From a virus, in IMG/VR virus record IMGVR_UViG_3300045988_084715: a stretch of DNA of 17,875 bases. The stretch is one strand, 5' to 3'. Below, one piece after another: positions 12,345-17,875 of the stretch. Position 1 is the stretch's first letter. Every line of letters begins with the position of its first letter. The notes beneath the pieces were generated by a model, which was given only the letters and a program-made list of their open reading frames with translations, did no database searches and was not told where the DNA came from. The translations under genes were made by a program, and so were the position numbers.

Positions 12345-13832
12345 ATGGCAACGGTATATACGAAAACCGACAATTACGGCCTGAACCTGTACGGCGACAA
12401 CGACCCCGCCGACTTGCGTGATGGCTACAACGGCAGCATGCGCACCATTGACTCCACGCTCGAAACGCATCTCAATCGCATCGAAAGCGTCGAATCGCGC
12501 GAAATCCACGACGGGGAAGTAGCCAAAGCACTCCTCGGAGACAACACGGTGGACAATGCCACCACCGCGAAAACCAAGTGGGACAAGGCCGCAAGCAACG
12601 CCGACAATAACAGCGCCATCCTTACCGCACTCGGCGCGGGCACCACCGCGCACGCCACCGACGCGAAAAACAGATGGGATAAAGCGAGTACGGATGCGAC
12701 ATCCGCAATCGACAAGGCGGATACCGCAAACGACAAGGCGGATACCGCAAACAAAAAGGCGGATACCGCAAACGGAAAGGCGGATACCGCAAACGGAAAG
12801 GCCGAGAACAACAGCGCCATTCTTGCCGCATTGGGCACAAGCTCCATTGACCTCGCAACGACGAATAAAACCAAGTGGGACAAAGCCAGCACGGACGTTG
12901 CGGACGTGACGAAACGCATCAATATCCTCACCGGACTGGCACACGAAAACATCATAGTAGTCGGTGACAGTATATCTCATGGCACCCGCGCATCGTCTAC
13001 ATCAAAATCGTGGGCCAATCGGTTGGGTAAGTATAGGGGCGCGACCGTCGTCAATCTTGCGCAAGACAATGCAGGATACCTCAACGGGCCGACCACGTTC
13101 GCACAGCAGCTTAGTGGATTCACCGGTGACAAAGACGCCGTGACCCGTATTCTCGTCGCCGGTGGCATCAATGACAAAACTCATGTGGCGGACGGTTCTG
13201 CAACCGATTCACTGCTTACGAGTGCCGCGCTGTCGCTGTTGGATTATGCGCGCACCAATTTTCCGCACGCGAAAATTCAGGTCATTCCGACCATCTGCGG
13301 TTTCACTCCGCCATCCATCTATAACGGAGACGTGCTCAAGGCTCGTGATCGAATTATCACCGCTTGCGGGATGCGCCACGTGCAGGTCATTCCGTACGGC
13401 TGGGAGTGGCTCAACGGAAACAGGGATTGGAGTTCCGGCGATGACGTACATCCAAATGATGCAGGCAATGATGTGCTACTCAAGCTGATTTGCGAAGCGA
13501 TGGATGGCGCCACCGTACGCAATTCGTGGAATGGATATGTTTCCGGACAGGACGCCCACGGGGAAATCACGCATTCAGAATTCCACGTGGAGGGCGATAC
13601 GGTGACATGCCACATTCAAGGCAAAGTGGTGGGGAATACCGGCGCGTATGCAAATATTTTCCAAGTACCGGCCGCCGCACGTAGCGCGATGAACTACTTC
13701 GTTCCGAACAGCCTTAACAAGCTGCTGTATACGCATTATGACAATACTATTCGCGCTTGCACGATTGGCACCACCACGGCAATTCCGGATAACACCGAGG
13801 TCTATTTGAGCTTCACCTCCCACATGAGGTAA
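12345..13832 (+). CDS. Tail fibre/appendage with an SGNH (GDSL-type) hydrolase/esterase domain, 495 aa
   Basis: N-terminal fibre motif DNYGLNLYGDNDPADLRDGYNGSMRTIDSTL, followed by a repeat-rich stalk. SGNH blocks: VVGDSISHG (about nt 12963), AQDNAG, AGGINDK (about nt 13161), and DDVHPND (about nt 13440). A C-terminal domain of about 100 aa follows. Confidence 0.8.
   Translation: MATVYTKTDNYGLNLYGDNDPADLRDGYNGSMRTIDSTLETHLNRIESVESREIHDGEVAKALLGDNTVDNATTAKTKWDKAASNADNNSAILTALGAGTTAHATDAKNRWDKASTDATSAIDKADTANDKADTANKKADTANGKADTANGKAENNSAILAALGTSSIDLATTNKTKWDKASTDVADVTKRINILTGLAHENIIVVGDSISHGTRASSTSKSWANRLGKYRGATVVNLAQDNAGYLNGPTTFAQQLSGFTGDKDAVTRILVAGGINDKTHVADGSATDSLLTSAALSLLDYARTNFPHAKIQVIPTICGFTPPSIYNGDVLKARDRIITACGMRHVQVIPYGWEWLNGNRDWSSGDDVHPNDAGNDVLLKLICEAMDGATVRNSWNGYVSGQDAHGEITHSEFHVEGDTVTCHIQGKVVGNTGAYANIFQVPAAARSAMNYFVPNSLNKLLYTHYDNTIRACTIGTTTAIPDNTEVYLSFTSHMR
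12711..12794 (+). repeat. In-frame 21-bp tandem repeat x4 (heptad DKADTAN) in the fibre stalk
   Basis: GACAAGGCGGATACCGCAAAC at 12711-12731 and 12732-12752. Variants AAAAAGG... at 12753-12773 and GGAAAGG... at 12774-12794, with a partial fifth unit. The repeat is nested inside a unit of about 30 aa repeated three times (KTKWDKAS / NNSAILxALG). Confidence 0.95.
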
Positions 13833-13850
13833 GGCTCGCTCTTAACCGGC

Positions 13851-13885
13851 AATGGCCATGCCGCTATAATGGTGGCATGGCCATT
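13851..13885 (+). promoter_or_regulatory. Perfect 12-bp palindrome enclosing a TATAAT box and the start codon of the tail lysin gene
   Basis: AATGGCCATGCC (13851-13862), loop GCTATAATGGT (13863-13873), GGCATGGCCATT (13874-13885). TATAAT at 13865-13870 lies 6 nt upstream of the A of ATG 13877. There is no usable SD. Confidence 0.5.
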
Positions 13886-15100
13886 ACTTTTGATGATTGG
13901 ATAAAACAGACGCAAGGCCGCTACTGGGACATGGACGGCGCGTACGGCGCCCAATGCTGGGACCTATGGGCAAAATACTGCATGGACCTGTACGGCGCGT
14001 CAGTAAGCGACTGCATCACACCAACCGGCTACGCAGAAGGCAACTACACACATTTCCCCACCAACGCGAAAATGGCGGCGATTTTCGAAAAGAAACCCAC
14101 CGACTACAGCCCCGTAAGGGGGGATGTGGCGTTCTGGAATTTCTCAAGCCATCACCCCGGATCACATGTGAGCATTGTCATCGAGAACGGCGTCCACGAC
14201 GGGCGCATCACCGTATTGTCGCAAAACCCCAACCCGGCGAAACGAATGACATTCGATCTGACCGCATTTCTCGGTTACCTCCATCCGAAGGCACTGGGTG
14301 AGGGAGGTGGAACGACCACCACGGAGAAAAACCCCACCGGCGACAACAGCCACGGTTCCGCCGATTCGTCGCGTGGCGGCGCGTGGATCCACTGGCAGGG
14401 AGACAACCTCTATCTCCACGAGTCCGACAACGCCGGAACGCGAACCCGCATTTTCTACAAGGCCACCGCCAACAATTTCTTGGAAAAGGCATCACAGTCG
14501 CAACCATCCAGCGACAAGGGACAGGCACACCCCTCCGTCTCTTTATCGGCGCAGAACTCATACGCCCTCTACGTGGTTGGCACGGTCGAATCAGGTCTAC
14601 GATGGGACGCGGTGGAAGCGGCCAACCGGCAGGGCATTGGAATCGCGCAATGGAGTTTCGAACGCCGCTTGCAAGTGCTCAACTCAATGGAAGCCGCCGA
14701 CCCAGCCGGATCCGCAACATTCAAAGCCGCCGCACCCGAAATCGCGGCACTCATGAAAACGGGCGGCACATTCAAACGTCCACTCACCACGGACGAAGCA
14801 GACGCCTTCCGCACATGGGCGCAACGAAGCGAGTCACGAGACGGCCAACGCAAGCAGTTCGCTGAGGATTACGCCGGATACCCCAAAGAGTACGAAGACA
14901 CCAAAATGCAGATTCTTTGGATGACCGCATATCACCAATCACCCGCCAACGCGCTCAAAGTGCCAAAGGCGTCGAACCTCGCACAACTCAAGAGCAACAT
15001 TCTATCCACGTTCCCGTTCGGCCCGTATACCACTCGATATAATCAGGCGTATTCGTTGTTAAGCGTGTGGGATGGGAAATCCAATCCGCCCGCGTTCTAA
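13877..15100 (+). CDS. Tail-associated peptidoglycan hydrolase: N-terminal CHAP domain plus a C-terminal lysozyme/SLT-like domain (407 aa)
   Basis: CHAP signature YGAQCWDLW (Cys) and PGSHVSIV (His), followed by a G/T/S linker. The C-terminal TVESGLRWDAVEAANRQGIGIAQWS resembles the SLT E-S...G-[LI]-x-Q pattern. Position corresponds to phi29 gp13. Confidence 0.8.
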   Translation: MAITFDDWIKQTQGRYWDMDGAYGAQCWDLWAKYCMDLYGASVSDCITPTGYAEGNYTHFPTNAKMAAIFEKKPTDYSPVRGDVAFWNFSSHHPGSHVSIVIENGVHDGRITVLSQNPNPAKRMTFDLTAFLGYLHPKALGEGGGTTTTEKNPTGDNSHGSADSSRGGAWIHWQGDNLYLHESDNAGTRTRIFYKATANNFLEKASQSQPSSDKGQAHPSVSLSAQNSYALYVVGTVESGLRWDAVEAANRQGIGIAQWSFERRLQVLNSMEAADPAGSATFKAAAPEIAALMKTGGTFKRPLTTDEADAFRTWAQRSESRDGQRKQFAEDYAGYPKEYEDTKMQILWMTAYHQSPANALKVPKASNLAQLKSNILSTFPFGPYTTRYNQAYSLLSVWDGKSNPPAF

Positions 15101-15105
15101 CAGTA

Positions 15106-15114
15106 TGGTATACT
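15106..15114 (+). promoter_or_regulatory. Extended -10 promoter (TGgTATACT) upstream of the packaging ATPase leader
   Basis: TG at 15106-15107, TATACT at 15109-15114. It resembles the ITR promoter TGgTATAGT and, like the left ITR copy, is followed by GGTGGTGT (15125-15132 vs 111-118). A TTGACA at 15114-15119 could instead pair with TAACCT 17 nt downstream. Confidence 0.45.
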
Positions 15115-15120
15115 TGACAA

Positions 15121-15216
15121 TGGCGGTGGTGTGTAATAACCTTTCCCCCTTGAACAGCCGCCAGATGACAGATTGGTGGAGGGCGCGCGAGTCATGGCGC
15201 ACGCCCTCCACTGTTT
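15121..15216 (+). promoter_or_regulatory. Structured leader or small RNA of about 95 nt with a C-rich anti-SD box and a terminator-like hairpin
   Basis: Helix UGGCGG (15121-15126) with CCGCCA (15158-15163) presents CCUUUCCCCCUUG (15140-15152) in its loop. A GC-rich hairpin follows: GTGGAGGGCG (15176-15185) with CGCCCTCCAC (15202-15211), extended by 3 bp, then TGTTT and the SD AGGAGGG (15217-15223). Confidence 0.45.
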
Positions 15217-15231
15217 AGGAGGGTTGCAAAC

Positions 15232-16299
15232 ATGACGTTGCAGACGCTCGATGAACACGATTATTACGATCTGCACAATCTGTTGACGCGGAACGCGCCG
15301 TGGAACTTCATCATCGGCGCACGCGGCCTAGGCAAGACGTTCGCCGCGAAAAGATACGGTATCAAAGAATATCTCAAGCACGGCCATGAGTTCATCTATC
15401 TCAGGCGCACCGACGTGGAACAGCACAGGAAGGAAACCTTTTTCAAAGACATTCAGGAGTTCTTTCCCTCATACGAGTTCAGGGTCAACGGTGAAAAAGG
15501 GCAGATCCATAAAACATCATGGAATGAAAAAGACTGGCGGACATGCTGTTATTTCGTCGCACTATCCCAAGCGGGCGGACTCAAGTCAGTCGCCTACCCC
15601 AAAGTGCATCTCATTATTTTCGATGAAATCTTCCCCGACAACCTGCGGTTTTTGAGCAATGAGGTAAACTCGTTTTCCGAATTTTACAACACCGTAGACA
15701 GGTGGCAAGACCGAACAAAAGTACTGTTCCTCTCGAACGCGGTTCAAAAAGCCAACCCATACTTCGCAAAATACCGGTTGGATATTGGCGTCCAACAAGC
15801 CAACCGGCAACAATACAAACTCTATTGCAGCGGGTTCATCTGTCTGGAGTTGGCCGACTATGGTGGTTTCTCGGCCAAAGTCGCGCAATCCAAGTTCGGC
15901 AGATTCCTCGAACGGTACGACGGTGAATACGCCGACTATGCCATACGCAACAAGTTCCGCGACGAGTCAGACACGTTGATAGCGCCAATCCCTAATGACG
16001 GCGAACTATCCTACGTTCTGGACACCACCGATTATGCGCAGTTCGGAGTGTGGGCTTCCGTGTCCGAACGCGACGGACATGTTTCCCAATATATTTCACG
16101 ACGCATTCCCAAAGACAACAACCGTCCAATATACACACTCGACCCGAACCATGTTGACGAAAAAACATGGTATGTCAAAAAATCGGATGATATAATAAGA
16201 CGGCTCACCACCGGCTATCGACTCGGCAAAATACGATTCGATGATTCACAAGTCAAAGCCGACTTCGGTTTGATTATCGGAGAATTGCTAGGTAAATAG
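15232..16299 (+). CDS. DNA encapsidation (packaging) ATPase, phi29 gp16-like, 355 aa
   Basis: WNFIIGARGLGKTFAAKRY...FIYLRR matches gp16 LNFVIGARGIGKSYAMKVY...FIYVRR (Walker A). AYPKVHLIIFDEIF matches AYPNVSTIVFDEFI (Walker B). LSNAVQKANPYF matches LSNAVSVVNPYF. Confidence 0.95.
   Translation: MTLQTLDEHDYYDLHNLLTRNAPWNFIIGARGLGKTFAAKRYGIKEYLKHGHEFIYLRRTDVEQHRKETFFKDIQEFFPSYEFRVNGEKGQIHKTSWNEKDWRTCCYFVALSQAGGLKSVAYPKVHLIIFDEIFPDNLRFLSNEVNSFSEFYNTVDRWQDRTKVLFLSNAVQKANPYFAKYRLDIGVQQANRQQYKLYCSGFICLELADYGGFSAKVAQSKFGRFLERYDGEYADYAIRNKFRDESDTLIAPIPNDGELSYVLDTTDYAQFGVWASVSERDGHVSQYISRRIPKDNNRPIYTLDPNHVDEKTWYVKKSDDIIRRLTTGYRLGKIRFDDSQVKADFGLIIGELLGK
16188..16196 (+). promoter_or_regulatory. Possible extended -10 promoter (TGaTATAAT) for the lysis cassette, inside the 3' end of the ATPase gene
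   Basis: TG at 16188-16189, TATAAT at 16191-16196. The 9-mer is identical to the late promoter at 4971-4979. It lies about 120 nt upstream of the holin ATG. Confidence 0.35.
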
Positions 16300-16318
16300 G
16301 AAGAAAGGAACAGCAACA

Positions 16319-16681
16319 ATGACAACAGTGGAAAAATGGTGTGCCGGGGCAGTGATGTTCTTCATCATCACGGATTACGTGACCGGCGTGGTGAAAGCCA
16401 TCATGCAAGACAATCTAAGTTCAGGAAAAATGCGTGAAGGACTGGGCCACAAGTTCGCCTACTTCATCCTCGTATTAGTGGCATGGTTCATCGACAAAGT
16501 GAACCTGCATGTCGACTTGGGGCTGCCGGTGTCCGTATTTATCTGCACGGTCAGCGGGATCTGTCTGATCGAACTCACATCGATTCTGGAAAACATCACC
16601 GCAATCAACCCGGAACTGGCGGACGCGCCATTCATGAAGGTTTTCGCCCAATCCACGAACGGCAAGCATAAGGCGGAATGA
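16319..16681 (+). CDS. Holin (three predicted TM segments; phage_holin_4 / toxin-secretion holin-like), 120 aa
   Basis: ITDYVTGVVKA near the N-terminus and ELTSILENI in the last TM are typical of this holin family. There are three hydrophobic stretches and a charged C-terminus. The gene sits immediately upstream of the endolysin and overlaps it. Confidence 0.85.
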   Translation: MTTVEKWCAGAVMFFIITDYVTGVVKAIMQDNLSSGKMREGLGHKFAYFILVLVAWFIDKVNLHVDLGLPVSVFICTVSGICLIELTSILENITAINPELADAPFMKVFAQSTNGKHKAE

Positions 16682-17466
16682 TGAACGAAGTGAAATGGAT
16701 AGGATCTCCAAACCATTACAACGGGCGCGGCGGCCACAAGGTGACACACATCACCCTGCATGTCATGGCCGGTTATCTGGCCGGAACCGACAACGTGTTC
16801 TCACGTCCATCCAGTCATGCGAGCGCGCATTACGGTATCGGAGCCAACGGCGAAATACACCAATACGTGGACGAAGCCAACGGAGCATGGTCAGACGCCA
16901 ATTACGAATCCAACATGTCAACAATCAGCATCGAGCATGAAGGCGGCATCCCACAAGCCCGATGCACGCAAGCATGCATCGACGCAAGTGCGCGACTCTG
17001 CGCCGACATAGCGGAACGCTACGGACTAGGCATGTTATGGCATGATGGGACACGCGGCAACGTTTGGCTGCACCGGGAGATACCGGGCACCGACCACACC
17101 ACATGCCCGGATCTAGCACCGAACGGACTACCCTACCAGCAAGTAATCGACAAAGCCAACAAGATAATAGGAGGTACAGCAATGACCAACGCAGGAGACG
17201 AAGTTTGGAACTGGGCCTACAAGCCGGACGGAAAGAACGCCACTCCGGGCGGGAACATGTACAACCTGCTCACCTACGAGCTACCGACACGCATCCGCGA
17301 CAGCATCATGCAATACAACTTCAAAAACACCGCGCCCGGAGGAAACATTTATAATACTCTCTGCTTCGAAATCCCCGGAATGTTGAAACAGATCACCCAA
17401 ACAATCGAAGAACAGCAGAAACAAATCGAAGCACTGACCGAAAAAATCGACAAACTACAAAAATAA
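16678..17466 (+). CDS. Endolysin: N-acetylmuramoyl-L-alanine amidase (Amidase_2/PGRP type) with an unusual C-terminal repeat and coiled-coil region, 262 aa
   Basis: ITLHVMAG, ASAHYGIGANGEIHQYVDEANGAWS, STISIEHEG and LHREIPGTDHTTCP match Amidase_2 zinc-ligand and catalytic patterns. The ATG overlaps the holin stop. Confidence 0.9.
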   Translation: MMNEVKWIGSPNHYNGRGGHKVTHITLHVMAGYLAGTDNVFSRPSSHASAHYGIGANGEIHQYVDEANGAWSDANYESNMSTISIEHEGGIPQARCTQACIDASARLCADIAERYGLGMLWHDGTRGNVWLHREIPGTDHTTCPDLAPNGLPYQQVIDKANKIIGGTAMTNAGDEVWNWAYKPDGKNATPGGNMYNLLTYELPTRIRDSIMQYNFKNTAPGGNIYNTLCFEIPGMLKQITQTIEEQQKQIEALTEKIDKLQK

Positions 17467-17478
17467 AACAATGAAACA

Positions 17479-17507
17479 AAAGCCCCTAGGCCAAACCTAG
17501 GGGCTTT
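17479..17507. terminator. Bidirectional intrinsic terminator between convergent genes
   Basis: Perfect 12-bp stem: AAAGCCCCTAGG (17479-17490) and CCTAGGGGCTTT (17496-17507), with loop CCAAA. Flanked by A-rich sequence upstream and T/A-rich sequence downstream. Confidence 0.85.
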
Positions 17508-17512
17508 ACTCA

Positions 17513-17734
17513 CTAAAAATAATAAACACGTTCCGCTCTCGCAAGCACATCCAAGTGCTGCTCAACACTATCCATAGGATTGATACCAAACGCCATCATG
17601 TAATTGTAGATACGAGCTAGATTAGCTGTTGACATTGCAGTATGCGCATAATGCATGAAGATACTACCGGCAAGCGGATTATCCATGCGAGCGAACTCCG
17701 ATGCAGTCAGTTGACGAAAAAGAATGTTGCTCAT
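17513..17734 (-). CDS. Hypothetical right-end early protein (73 aa), the only minus-strand gene
   Basis: The ATG is preceded on the - strand by TTCAAGGGAAAGGGA (SD-like box) and by the right ITR promoter. It ends at the bidirectional terminator. Visibly more AT-rich than the rest of the genome. No recognisable domain. Confidence 0.6.
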   Translation of the reverse strand: MSNILFRQLTASEFARMDNPLAGSIFMHYAHTAMSTANLARIYNYMMAFGINPMDSVEQHLDVLARAERVYYF

Positions 17735-17766
17735 TTATTTTCCCTTTCCCTTGAAGTTGGTAATTA

Positions 17767-17875
17767 CACTATACCACAAACAAAACAACAACACCCAAAA
17801 ACAAAACACAACAACAACAACAAACACCCACCCACCAACCAACAAACTACACTTACGTAACCGTAACTTAGCTAA
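17767..17875. repeat. Right inverted terminal repeat (ITR)
   Basis: It is the reverse complement of nt 1-111, minus one GT dinucleotide. Confidence 0.95.
17768..17776 (-). promoter_or_regulatory. Extended -10 promoter at the inner edge of the right ITR, firing inward
   Basis: The reverse complement of 17768-17776 is TGGTATAGT, identical to nt 102-110. Confidence 0.45.

Larger units (their letters stand above)
1..17875. other. Apparently complete linear dsDNA genome of a small protein-primed (phi29-like, Picovirinae/Salasmaviridae-type) podophage
   Basis: The window starts and ends with inverted terminal repeats. It contains a terminal-protein candidate plus a type-B protein-primed DNA polymerase and phi29-type capsid, tail knob, connector, lower collar, encapsidation ATPase, holin and endolysin. 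Size is in the phi29-like range. Confidence 0.85.

Noticed and set aside
12711-12794. Possible CRISPR-like array (regular 21-bp repeats)
   Set aside because: The repeats are directly contiguous with no spacers. They are in frame within a fibre gene and encode a heptad repeat. This is not a CRISPR array.
15135-15156. Minus-strand RBS-like sequence (TTCAAGGGGGAAAGGTTATTAC) as the start of a reversed gene
   Set aside because: No ATG or GTG with an ORF follows on the minus strand; only a 7-codon TTG frame does. It is interpreted instead as an antisense box within a + strand RNA.
17629-17655. TTGACA on the + strand inside the right-end gene, followed by CATAAT/TAATGC
   Set aside because: The spacer to any -10-like hexamer is only about 12-15 nt. 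It would drive transcription outward into the ITR with no ORF. Probably a chance match in AT-rich sequence.
1-17875. Lysogeny module, tRNA/rRNA genes, or a dedicated defence/anti-defence system with recognisable domains
   Set aside because: No ORF shows integrase, recombinase, repressor (HTH), methyltransferase, nuclease or toxin-antitoxin signatures by eye. No cloverleaf-like tRNA candidates were noticed. The phage is probably strictly lytic. The unassigned small ORFs (143-746, 916-1434, 17513-17734) remain of unknown function.

Overview
The window looks like one complete linear phage genome of 17,875 bp. Its first 111 nt and last 109 nt are inverted terminal repeats (ITRs). Between them lies the full gene set of a small phi29-like, protein-primed podophage, with moderately GC-rich, C-ending codon usage. 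All but one gene read left to right on the + strand.

Gene order:
- a G/T-rich left arm with small, weakly supported ORFs and an orphan 172-aa gene
- an early replication operon: p6-like DNA-binding protein, p5-like SSB, a basic terminal-protein candidate, and a family-B protein-primed DNA polymerase
- a 227-bp gap with its own promoter and terminator
- the late genes: acidic scaffold, Ig-decorated major capsid, tail knob, connector, lower collar, a four-gene appendage/fibre cluster including an SGNH-esterase fibre, and a CHAP tail lysin
- packaging ATPase, holin and amidase endolysin
- one inward-reading minus-strand gene next to the right ITR

I saw no integrase, repressor, tRNA, rRNA or CRISPR array.

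Most worth a second look:
1. A promoter-to-terminator unit of about 165 nt downstream of the polymerase gene (nt 4780-4962). It could be a packaging RNA (pRNA-like) or another sRNA.
2. A structured insertion of about 95 nt in the leader of the packaging ATPase gene. Its C-rich box is an inverted copy of the ribosome-binding regions of early genes.
3. ITRs that are almost pure G/T on the 5' strand, with a G-quadruplex-type run, inward promoters and a conserved box at both ends.
4. A polymerase with a shortened, apparently degenerate exonuclease domain and an NTD motif C.
5. Three consecutive fibre ORFs sharing one N-terminal docking motif.
6. An internal SD+ATG in the endolysin gene.

All functional calls come from by-eye motif recognition and remembered phi29 protein sequences. 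No searches or folding programs were run.
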